This document shows, in pieces, positions 27,619 to 36,088 of a DNA stretch of 64,000 nt. This DNA comes from Actinomycetes bacterium (GTDB taxonomy: Bacteria > Actinomycetota > Actinomycetes > Nanopelagicales > Nanopelagicaceae): contig JANYCW010000014.1 of NCBI GenBank assembly GCA_025360085.1, positions 28,357-92,356 on the forward strand. Reading direction: 5' to 3'. The number at the start of each line of letters is the position of its first letter. Positions within the stretch are counted from its first letter, which is position 1. Both the position numbers and the translations under genes were made by a program. The notes under the pieces were generated by a model, which worked only from the letters and a program-made list of their open reading frames with translations, did not search any database and had not been told where the DNA came from.

Positions 27619-29211
27619 TCATATCTTCTCCCCATTTTGATAAACACTTTTGATCGAAATGGAGGCAACCTCATGAGGCGGTGTTTCAAAGGGATTTCGA
27701 TTCAGGGTTAAAAAGTCAGCTTTCATACCTACTTTTAGGGAGCTTCTCTCGCTTTCCCGGAATAATTGATATGCCGCATTGGCGGTATAAAAGGTAAGAG
27801 ATTCCTCCATCGTTATCGCTTCGGAGATATTCCAACTGTCTTCACTGTGCACACCTGGAGCCAATCGGTTAACTGGAACAGCCAAGGCGAGCAGCGGCAC
27901 CTCACTTGTTACGGGCCAATCACTACCAAATGCGATGGTTGCACCGGTATCTATCAATGTTCGAAGCCGATATTGACGGTCATTTCTTGTTTTACCAAGG
28001 CGGGGAAGAATCAACTCTTTATTCATTGGATCTAAATAACACCAAAGTGGTTGAATATTTGCGATAACACCAAGGGCATTAAATCTCGGTAGATCTTCAT
28101 CACTGATTAATTGGGCGTGCACAATCACTGGGCGTCTATCCCAGTGTGGGTTAATTTTCATCATTGCCTCAATTACATCTAAAGCTTGCTTGACTGCCGC
28201 ATCACCGATTGCATGGATATGTACTTGGTATCCCAGCGCATCAAAGGTGGTGACTGCATCCAGTAACTCCTTATCTGCCCAGATCTTTATTCCATGTGAA
28301 TCGGGGTTATCCAGATATGGATCTATCAGTGCAGCTGTTCCGGCAGAGAGTGCGCCATCTGCCAGAAACTTTATGCTGTTAGCTAGGACTAAATCAGGAT
28401 TGGGAAGTGATGCGAATTCGCTACGAAAAGAATTGAACTCTGTAACCTTTTCTCTCCACGTTGTTGGGGTTGCAAGAAAAGAGAGGTTCATTGCAATCGT
28501 TAAATCACCTGATTGTGCCGCGGCTAAATATGCTTGTGCCATATCTTTTTCAACCCACGAATCAATGGCGGCAGTGACTCCCGCATCTAAATATGCAGAA
28601 CACGCTCGCTTTATTGCCTCTACATCGCTATTAATCGAATCTGGTGGGGCGCAATTGAGAATGAGCTGTATTGCATTTGGTTCACGGAGTGTGCCTTGTG
28701 GTGAGCCGTCGGGGCGGCGGGCGATTGTTCCACCGCTTGGATCTGGTGTTTTCTCGTTAATCTTTGCACGTTTTAAGGCTTCACTATTTACCCAGATTGT
28801 GTGGTGATCGACGGCGTGCAAGACAACGGGACGATCAAATACGACGGAATCTAACCAGTGGGCATCAAAGGCACCTGCCTCGATAATTGCAGCTTCATAT
28901 GCGCCGCCAATGATCCAAGGCATGGTGGGATTTTTTTCTGCGAAGTTCTTTACTTCTTTGAGTATCTCTTCGAGCGAGCTCAGCCCATTAATTTTAGGTC
29001 CCGCCGCTTCGCGTCCGGCAAAGATTGGATGTGCATGCCCATCTAGAAAGGCTGGAATTACAAATGCTCCATCTAAATCAATTACCTCATCGAAATCTGA
29101 AGCTAAGGCTTGATCGCCAACTGCAACGATTATGTCATTTTCAATGAGCAGGCCATCAAAGATTTCTTTCCCCGCGGACCAGCAGTACGCATTACGAAAT
29201 AGCGTGCGCAC
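27619..29211 (-). CDS. Amidohydrolase family 3 (YtcJ / NfdA-like)
   Basis: FLDGHAH, KFLADGAL, HIHAIGDAA, IVHAQL and FGSDWPV. Confidence 0.9.
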   Translation of the reverse strand: MRTLFRNAYCWSAGKEIFDGLLIENDIIVAVGDQALASDFDEVIDLDGAFVIPAFLDGHAHPIFAGREAAGPKINGLSSLEEILKEVKNFAEKNPTMPWIIGGAYEAAIIEAGAFDAHWLDSVVFDRPVVLHAVDHHTIWVNSEALKRAKINEKTPDPSGGTIARRPDGSPQGTLREPNAIQLILNCAPPDSINSDVEAIKRACSAYLDAGVTAAIDSWVEKDMAQAYLAAAQSGDLTIAMNLSFLATPTTWREKVTEFNSFRSEFASLPNPDLVLANSIKFLADGALSAGTAALIDPYLDNPDSHGIKIWADKELLDAVTTFDALGYQVHIHAIGDAAVKQALDVIEAMMKINPHWDRRPVIVHAQLISDEDLPRFNALGVIANIQPLWCYLDPMNKELILPRLGKTRNDRQYRLRTLIDTGATIAFGSDWPVTSEVPLLALAVPVNRLAPGVHSEDSWNISEAITMEESLTFYTANAAYQLFRESERSSLKVGMKADFLTLNRNPFETPPHEVASISIKSVYQNGEKI

Positions 29212-29226
29212 AGTTTTTAAAAGTTT

Positions 29227-29460
29227 TTAATACGTAACGGGGCAGGTTAAAGTCCGAGTGATACCAGGAACTGCTTGCACTTTCGACAAAATAACACGGC
29301 CAAACTCTTCCATGCTGGGCGCCTCTGCGCGCATGATGACATCGTAAGGGCCAGTGACGCCTTCTGAGAGAGTGACACCAGCGATCGCAGATACTGCCTT
29401 GGCAACTGAACTTGCTTTGCCGACCTCAGTTTGAATTAAAATATAGGCCTGAATAGACAT
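29227..29460 (-). CDS. Lrp/AsnC ligand-binding domain protein
   Basis: AYILIQTEVG, VTGPYDVI and GITRTLTC; conserved actinobacterial neighbour of thiL. Confidence 0.9.
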   Translation of the reverse strand: MSIQAYILIQTEVGKASSVAKAVSAIAGVTLSEGVTGPYDVIMRAEAPSMEEFGRVILSKVQAVPGITRTLTCPVTY

Positions 29461-29534
29461 CGCGCTTCCTTTCCTTGGTGGCCAAAGGCTACTTCAGAGA
29501 TGGTGTTACTCGCTAGTGGAATAAGGTTAGTACT

Positions 29535-30455
29535 ATGAATTTTGATGAAGCCCAGGTGATCGAACTGTTGGCAAAAATCTTTGAAAGCGATCACGCTGGA
29601 ATTTACATCGGAATTGGTGATGATGCCGCCGTTGTTTCAACCACACAAAAAACGGTTATTACAACGGATATGGCCGTTGAAAGAACCCATTTTAGAACCG
29701 AGTGGTCTGGCGCCTTTGAAATTGGTCGAAAGATCACTGCGGCTAACTTGGCCGATATTTATGCGATGGGCGCCACACCGCATTACTTAGTAGTAGCGGT
29801 GACACTTTCTGGGCAAGAAACACTCGAATGGATTAGCGATCTTGCCTATGGAATTTTGCACGAAGCGGCGAGCTGCGACGTTGCTGTTGTTGGTGGAGAT
29901 TTAACTCGCGGTGCGATAAAAGTAATCTCAATAACTGCCATTGGAGAGGTTGAAAAACCGGTCACTCGTGGCGGGGCACAGGAAGGTGATTTAATCTATA
30001 TCTCATCACTGCCGGGTTGGTCGGCGGCAGGTTTGGCACTTATCGAAATCGATGGCGTCGATGATCTTGAAGCCTATGCCATTGAAGAGTTCTGCGCACC
30101 GAACGTGGATTACTCTGCGGCAGTTTTATTGGCCACTGCCGGGTCAACTTCCATGTGCGATGTCAGTGACGCACTCATCACTCAAGCAAACCAGATGGCA
30201 CAAGCATCGGGGCTACGCTTTGTCTTTGAGCAAAACGCTTTTATTGCCGATCCAGAGTTCGGTGCACTCAATGAGTTGGCTAATAAACACGGCTTTGATG
30301 TTTGGCAATGGATTTTTGCTGGAGGAGAAGATCATGTCTTTCTTGCAACAGGCACAGATTTACCAGGGTTGTGCGTGGGGAAAGTCTATGCAGGCACTGG
30401 TGTATCTGGTTTGGAAATGAAAAAAGCGCCAGAAACCTGGCGCCAATTCAATTAA
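29535..30455 (+). CDS. thiL: Thiamine-monophosphate kinase
   Basis: GIGDDAAV, ANLADIYAMGA, VVGGD, CDVSD and GGEDH. Confidence 0.93.
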   Translation: MNFDEAQVIELLAKIFESDHAGIYIGIGDDAAVVSTTQKTVITTDMAVERTHFRTEWSGAFEIGRKITAANLADIYAMGATPHYLVVAVTLSGQETLEWISDLAYGILHEAASCDVAVVGGDLTRGAIKVISITAIGEVEKPVTRGGAQEGDLIYISSLPGWSAAGLALIEIDGVDDLEAYAIEEFCAPNVDYSAAVLLATAGSTSMCDVSDALITQANQMAQASGLRFVFEQNAFIADPEFGALNELANKHGFDVWQWIFAGGEDHVFLATGTDLPGLCVGKVYAGTGVSGLEMKKAPETWRQFN

Positions 30456-30468
30456 ATCTTGGTTGAAT

Positions 30469-30654
30469 CTAGCGAGTAACTTTTCCAGCCTTCAGGCATG
30501 AAGTACAGACGTTTTGGCGCTTAGGTGTGGAGCCGACCATAGTGCGCACGCGCTGGATATTTGGATTCCATCGACGACGGGTCTTTACCTCTGAGTGAGA
30601 AACATTGTTGCCAAAACTTGGCCCCTTGTTACAGATATCGCATGTTGCTGCCAC
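30469..30654 (-). CDS. rpmB: 50S ribosomal protein L28
   Basis: GTG 30654 start; CDICNKGPSFGNNVSHS...TRRRWNPNIQRVR...NVCTSCLKAGKV (Zn-binding form). Confidence 0.97.
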   Translation of the reverse strand: MAATCDICNKGPSFGNNVSHSEVKTRRRWNPNIQRVRTMVGSTPKRQNVCTSCLKAGKVTR

Positions 30655-30793
30655 GGCCGTACTCCTTATTGATCTAGTAATTAGTGCGCAGTCCATTAAC
30701 GGACAGGGGGCAAGAGTACCGCGAGAGGCTATTAGAGCGCCAATCCACGCGTGGCATGAACTCGCTGACCGGCCGGCGCGAGAGAATGCCCAT

Positions 30794-32965
30794 GTGGCCA
30801 ACCTTGAAAGCAAAGTAGTAGATGTGGTGGGTGATCGCACTGCAAAGGTTTTGGCCGATGCATTTGGGATAAAAACCGTTGGGGATTTGATGCGCCATTA
30901 TCCACGGCGCTATATGGTCCGCGGAGAACTTTCTGAGATTTCTGCATTGAAAGAGGGCGACGAAGTCACCATTTTGGCCGAAGTTTATAGTTCGGCTAAT
31001 CGCCAAATCCGCGGTCGGAAAGCAAGTATTTTGGAGGTTATTGTCACTGATGGGCGTGACAAACTCTCGCTTACATTTTTCAATCAAGCGTGGCGTGAAA
31101 AAGAGTTAAAGGTTGGGGCTCAAGGTTTATTTGCCGGCAAAGTCGGCCTTTTTAACAACAAGAAACAGTTGGCGCATCCTGATTATCAAATGGTGCCAGA
31201 TGGCGCCGATGTTGATAGCGCAGTGGATAATTTCGCGGGAAAGTATCTTCCAGTCTATCCAGCAACGGCAAAGATGCCGTCGTGGAAAATTGCGCAATGT
31301 ATCGAAATGGCTATTGCATCTCTTGATGAGGTGGAAGATTATCTGCCGCAAGAGATACGAATCGCTCATAAATATCCGGATTTACAAGCTGCGTTAGTGC
31401 AACTCCACACACCGATAGATTTAGATCAAGCTGAGCTTGCACGCGAACGATTGACTTTTGATGAAGCTTTTTTACTTCAACTCATGTTGGTAATGCGGCG
31501 CAATGAGTTAAAAAAACTCAATACGATTTCACGCAAAACCATTGATGGTGGCTTGCTCTCGGCCTTTGATGCATCGCTTGCCTTTGAACTCACCGGCGGG
31601 CAGTTAGAGGTAATAAAAGAAATTGAGAATGATCTGGCCCAATCGCATCCTATGCACCGCTTATTGCAAGGTGAAGTCGGTTCAGGAAAAACAGTTGTTG
31701 CACTTCGTGCAATGTTGGCCGTGGTAGATAGTGGGGGACAGGCCGCGCTACTTGCACCGACTGAGGTGTTAGCTGCTCAACACGTGCGAACATTTGGAAA
31801 ACTTTTAGGAGCTTTAGCCCATGGAGGTATTTTAGGTAGCCCCGAAAAGGCAACACAGGTAACTCTCATTACGGGATCACAGAGTGGCCCAGCGCGAAGA
31901 GAGGCTTTGGCTCTTGCCGCATCGGGTGGTGCTGGCATAGTTATTGGCACGCATGCACTGCTGGGTGAAAAAATCGAGTTCAACGATCTAGGTTTAATCG
32001 TTGTCGATGAGCAACATAGATTTGGTGTCGAACAAAGGGATGCTCTCAAAGTAAAGGCTCAAAAGCCGCCGCACTTACTTGTCATGACGGCCACACCTAT
32101 TCCGCGAACCGTTGCGATGACGGTCTTTGGCGATCTCGATGTTTCAACTCTGCGCGAACTTCCGCTGGGTCGCCAAGCGATTACTACCCATGTGATTGCC
32201 GTTCTAGAAAAGCCAGCATTTTTAGAGCGCGCATGGGAGCGAATCCGTGAAGAAGTTGCGCTAGGTCATCAGGCATATGTTGTGGCTCCTCGAATTGATG
32301 CCGGCAGCGATGAGAGCGCCGATATTGATTTTCTATTTGGTCAGGAATCACCCGATATCGCATCGGTTAATGAACTTGCTCCGCGTCTTGCAGGTGGGGC
32401 GTTGAAAGGCTTGCGCGTAGCCGAACTGCACGGACGCCAGAGCAGTGATGTTAAGGATGCAACGATGCGCGCATTTGCCGACGGTGACATCGATGTACTT
32501 GTTTCGACTACGGTTATTGAAGTCGGCGTCGATGTTGCCAATGCAACGGTAATGGTAATCATGGATGCCGATCGCTTTGGTGTCTCCCAACTTCATCAAC
32601 TTCGCGGGCGTGTAGGTCGCGGTACATCTCCAGGTCTATGCCTCTTGGTGACAACGGCGACTCATGATGCCCCAGCGCGTGCCCGTCTTGATGCCGTTGC
32701 CGCGACCGTGGATGGTTTCGAACTTTCGCGGATCGACCTTGAACAACGTCGCGAAGGTGATGTTTTGGGTGCCAGTCAATCAGGTACTCGCTCGCATCTT
32801 CGGCTACTTCGCGTTTTGCGTGATGAAGGACTTATTGAAATTGCGCGAGCAGATGCAGAGGGCGTTGTGACCGCGTCGTCGGATTTAACACATTATCCTG
32901 AGCTAGCAAAGGAAGTTGAAATAATGGCAAGAGATGCCGCAGTAGATTATTTGGATAAAGGTTAA
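30794..32965 (+). CDS. recG: ATP-dependent DNA helicase RecG
   Basis: LLQGEVGSGKT, DEQHRFG, MTATPIPRT and QLHQLRGRVGRG. Start moved to GTG 30794. Confidence 0.97.
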   Translation: MANLESKVVDVVGDRTAKVLADAFGIKTVGDLMRHYPRRYMVRGELSEISALKEGDEVTILAEVYSSANRQIRGRKASILEVIVTDGRDKLSLTFFNQAWREKELKVGAQGLFAGKVGLFNNKKQLAHPDYQMVPDGADVDSAVDNFAGKYLPVYPATAKMPSWKIAQCIEMAIASLDEVEDYLPQEIRIAHKYPDLQAALVQLHTPIDLDQAELARERLTFDEAFLLQLMLVMRRNELKKLNTISRKTIDGGLLSAFDASLAFELTGGQLEVIKEIENDLAQSHPMHRLLQGEVGSGKTVVALRAMLAVVDSGGQAALLAPTEVLAAQHVRTFGKLLGALAHGGILGSPEKATQVTLITGSQSGPARREALALAASGGAGIVIGTHALLGEKIEFNDLGLIVVDEQHRFGVEQRDALKVKAQKPPHLLVMTATPIPRTVAMTVFGDLDVSTLRELPLGRQAITTHVIAVLEKPAFLERAWERIREEVALGHQAYVVAPRIDAGSDESADIDFLFGQESPDIASVNELAPRLAGGALKGLRVAELHGRQSSDVKDATMRAFADGDIDVLVSTTVIEVGVDVANATVMVIMDADRFGVSQLHQLRGRVGRGTSPGLCLLVTTATHDAPARARLDAVAATVDGFELSRIDLEQRREGDVLGASQSGTRSHLRLLRVLRDEGLIEIARADAEGVVTASSDLTHYPELAKEVEIMARDAAVDYLDKG

Positions 32966-32968
32966 GAA

Positions 32969-33538
32969 TTGAGAATCATTGCAGGAGTGGCAAAGGGACG
33001 CACCTTAGGTGAAGTTGCTCAAGTAACTCGACCAACTTCTGATCGGGCGCGCGAGGGTTTATTTTCATCGCTCACATCTGAGTTCGGCGATTTTTTGGGG
33101 CTTAATGTTTTAGACATGTTTGCAGGTTCAGGTGCAATTGGACTCGAGGCGTTATCGCGTGGTGCCTCTATTGTTGATGTAGTGGAGCAGGACTCGAGTG
33201 CGCAGAAGACAATTGAAAATAACTTTGAATTAGTAAAAAAGAATCAGCCAGTCGGTAAATTTCACTTATACTCGATGTCAGTCCAGAGTTTTGTTTCACA
33301 ATTTCCTAAAGAGAAATATCACATTGTTTATATCGATCCACCATTTGATTTCACTGAAAACGAAATTAAGGAAGTGTTAGAAAAACTTCACACTGGAGCT
33401 TTTTTAAACGATGGTGCTTTAATAGCAATCGAGCGCACCGCAAGGAGTTTTCAGTTTAGCTGGCCAAATGGTTTTGCCCCCGCTAGGCGGCGAAATTATG
33501 GCGCCGCTAGTATCTTCTTTGGCAATTACGTACCTTAA
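32969..33538 (+). CDS. rsmD: 16S rRNA m2G966 methyltransferase
   Basis: TRPTSDRAREGLF, FAGSGAIGLEALSRGA and IDPPF. Confidence 0.93.
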   Translation: MRIIAGVAKGRTLGEVAQVTRPTSDRAREGLFSSLTSEFGDFLGLNVLDMFAGSGAIGLEALSRGASIVDVVEQDSSAQKTIENNFELVKKNQPVGKFHLYSMSVQSFVSQFPKEKYHIVYIDPPFDFTENEIKEVLEKLHTGAFLNDGALIAIERTARSFQFSWPNGFAPARRRNYGAASIFFGNYVP

Positions 33539-33577
33539 GAATGGATAACTTCCCCATCTCTTGCTAGCGTTTGTGCC

Positions 33578-34057
33578 ATGAAGCGTGCCGTATGCCCCGG
33601 ATCATTTGATCCCATCACATTTGGGCACCTCGATATTATCAAACGAGCAAGTGCTCACTTTGATCAAGTCGTCGTTGCTGTCCTAGAAAATCGCACTAAG
33701 TCCAGTCTTTTTACCGTAGCCCAACGAATAGAGATGATTCGAGAGACGGTGAAAGATTTGCCAAATGTAATTGTAGATTCATGGAGCGGGTTACTCGTTG
33801 ATTATTGCAAAAGTAATTCAATTACAACGATAGTCAAGGGACTTCGAGCCGTCACTGACTTTGATTACGAGCTCCAGATGGCCCAGTTAAATCTGCAGGC
33901 ATCCGGTGTGGAAACGATGCTCATGGCAACGGCTCCAGCATATTCATTTCTTTCGTCATCGGTTGTAAAAGAGCTCGCACATTACGGGGGAGATGTTTCA
34001 ACCATGATTCCTCCCAATGTAAATTCCGCAATCAAACTTCGAGTAGGCGGGAAATAG
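33578..34057 (+). CDS. coaD: Pantetheine-phosphate adenylyltransferase
   Basis: PGSFDPITFGHLDII, KGLRAVTDFDYE and LSSSVVKE. Confidence 0.97.
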   Translation: MKRAVCPGSFDPITFGHLDIIKRASAHFDQVVVAVLENRTKSSLFTVAQRIEMIRETVKDLPNVIVDSWSGLLVDYCKSNSITTIVKGLRAVTDFDYELQMAQLNLQASGVETMLMATAPAYSFLSSSVVKELAHYGGDVSTMIPPNVNSAIKLRVGGK

Positions 34058-34060
34058 TCC

Positions 34061-34543
34061 ATGGATTCAATAGAGAAATTGTCTTCTGCCATTACTATGA
34101 TTGAAGAGGCGCGTGGAGTTCCACTTTCTGCCAGTTGCGTTGTACACCGAGGTGAGATGCTCGAACTTCTAGATGAGGCGCGTTCGGCATTACCAACTGA
34201 TTTTAACTCCGCACAAAAAGTGATAACTGCGCGTGATGCAATCGTAGAAGAGGCTCGATTGAGCGCTGAACAGATGATTTCTATAGCACGTGAAGATGTA
34301 GCGCGAATGGTCGAGCAGACATCAATAGTTCAGATTGCTCGAGATGAAGCTCGCAGGATTTTAAATGAAGCTAGAGCAGAGGCTCTGCAAGAAAAAGCTG
34401 AAGTTGAAGAGTTTATTGATGGCCGACTTGCGACTTTAGAGGTTATCTTGAATAAGACACAAGATACGGTTGCCAAAGGCCGTGAGCGTCTAGCCGGTGC
34501 TAGCGATAAAGATGCACTTTCTCAATTATCAGATGCCGATTAA
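34061..34543 (+). CDS. DivIVA-like coiled-coil protein (SepIVA/Rv2927c-like)
   Basis: EEARGVPLSASCVVHRGE followed by a coiled coil; conserved coaD-X-yceD position. Confidence 0.75.
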   Translation: MDSIEKLSSAITMIEEARGVPLSASCVVHRGEMLELLDEARSALPTDFNSAQKVITARDAIVEEARLSAEQMISIAREDVARMVEQTSIVQIARDEARRILNEARAEALQEKAEVEEFIDGRLATLEVILNKTQDTVAKGRERLAGASDKDALSQLSDAD

Positions 34544-34548
34544 TTTTC

Positions 34549-35124
34549 ATGTCCAGAGTTTCTGAGGTTTTTAAACTCAACACGTTCGAACTTGCAAGGC
34601 GTGCAGGTGAGATGAAGGAGTACGAACTCGATATAGAAGTTCCCGAAAAAATTGGGCTCGACTTGATTGCCGTTGCCATAGGTGCAGTCATCGAAATTGA
34701 TGCTCGACTTGAATCGGTGGCCGAAGGGATCTTACTGAGTGCCGATGTTTATGCAGTTGCTACCGGAGAGTGCACGCGATGTTTGGATCCCGTTGAAATT
34801 GTTATCGAAAAGCGAATTCAAGAGCTCTACCTTTATCAGCAAAAAATCGAGCGCAAAGGCCGTACCCCTGCTGGCGATGATCTAGAGCTCGAGGATGAGC
34901 TTGTAATGGATGGCGATGTCATGGATCTTCAGGGGCCAATTCGAGATTCAATCGTTCTTTCGCTGCCTACTAATCCCTTATGCAGCCTAGAATGCCAAGG
35001 CCTTTGTCCTGACTGCGGGGGTAAATTGGCCGAATTAACACCGGATCACGCTCATGAAATTATTGATGTCAGATGGGCCAGCCTTGCAGCGATGGAAATC
35101 GATGGGCTCGATTTCAAAAATTGA
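34549..35124 (+). CDS. yceD: YceD/DUF177 family protein
   Basis: CTRCL and PLCSLECQGLCPDCG...DVRWASL. Confidence 0.9.
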   Translation: MSRVSEVFKLNTFELARRAGEMKEYELDIEVPEKIGLDLIAVAIGAVIEIDARLESVAEGILLSADVYAVATGECTRCLDPVEIVIEKRIQELYLYQQKIERKGRTPAGDDLELEDELVMDGDVMDLQGPIRDSIVLSLPTNPLCSLECQGLCPDCGGKLAELTPDHAHEIIDVRWASLAAMEIDGLDFKN

Positions 35125-35186
35125 GCGTTATAAGGGATACTTACGCCCTGCAACCACCGTTGCGATAAGAAGAAGAGGTTTGACAA

Positions 35187-35360
35187 GTGCCAGTACCAAA
35201 GCGCAAGACCTCGCGTTCAAAGACGCGCTCACGCCGAAGCCAGTGGAAGACGACCGCCGCCGCTCTTGCAACATGCCCACAGTGTCAACAACCAAAATTG
35301 CAACACACGGCATGCCCAACCTGCGGTACATACAACCGTCGTCAGGTATTAGAGGTCTGA
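35187..35360 (+). CDS. rpmF: 50S ribosomal protein L32 (57 aa, below the ORF-track cutoff)
   Basis: Manual translation MPVPKRKTSRSKTRSRRSQW...CPQC...HTACPTCGTYNRRQVLEV. Confidence 0.97.
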   Translation: MPVPKRKTSRSKTRSRRSQWKTTAAALATCPQCQQPKLQHTACPTCGTYNRRQVLEV

Positions 35361-35370
35361 TCTGAGCTCG

Positions 35371-36048
35371 TTGCTCGACGATCAGTTGGGGGTTGTCATT
35401 GAACCCTCTCTTCTCGAATTAGCTTTTACTCACCGTTCATTTGCTTATGAGTCGGCAAGCAAGCAAACCAATGAACGCTTAGAGTTTTTAGGTGATTCAG
35501 TCTTAGGTTTAATTGTTACCGAAGAGCTCTATAAGCGATATCCAGATTTTGATGAGAGCCGCTTGTCTCCGCTTCGTTCAGGCATTGTTAACATGCGTGC
35601 ACTTGCAGATATCGCACGCGAACTAGATTTAGGAAAATATATTCGCTTAGGAAAAGGCGAAGAAGTAACGGGTGGTCGCGACAAAAACTCACTCCTTGCC
35701 GATGCGCTAGAAGCCGTGATTGGCGCAATTTATCTGCAGTTTGGTTTTGAACTCTGTACTCAGATTGTTCGTAGACTTATTTCCACGACGCTGGATTCAG
35801 CGTTTGCTCGCGGGGCGGGCCTTGATGGAAAAACTGCGCTTCAAGAGTTAGTAGCTGCGTTGAATAAAGGTGTACCGGAATACATCGTGAGCGAAGAAGG
35901 TCCTGATCATGATAAGAATTTCACAGCGGTTGCAGTGGTCGCTGGTATTACCGTGAGTGAAGGCATTGGAAAGAGTAAGCGCGAAGCTGAACAAATCGCT
36001 GCGCGTATCGCCTACGAATCTCTAAAAAACGAGCTTCCCCAGCCTTAA
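35371..36048 (+). CDS. rnc: Ribonuclease III
   Basis: NERLEFLGDSVL signature; dsRBD EEGPDHDKNF and GKSKREAEQ. Confidence 0.97.
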   Translation: MLDDQLGVVIEPSLLELAFTHRSFAYESASKQTNERLEFLGDSVLGLIVTEELYKRYPDFDESRLSPLRSGIVNMRALADIARELDLGKYIRLGKGEEVTGGRDKNSLLADALEAVIGAIYLQFGFELCTQIVRRLISTTLDSAFARGAGLDGKTALQELVAALNKGVPEYIVSEEGPDHDKNFTAVAVVAGITVSEGIGKSKREAEQIAARIAYESLKNELPQP

Positions 36049-36088
36049 TTGCGTCTAAAACTCGCTCTTAAAGCGATAGGTTTGCCGC

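Noticed and set aside
28190-28807. 205-aa antisense ORF within the amidohydrolase (and similar long antisense ORFs elsewhere, e.g. 19813-20307 and 52912-53457)
   Set aside because: Fully nested opposite well-supported genes; typical antisense open frames.
30605-30793. Apparent 63-aa N-terminal extension of RecG
   Set aside because: It overlaps rpmB antisense and its promoter; RecG homology begins at GTG 30794.
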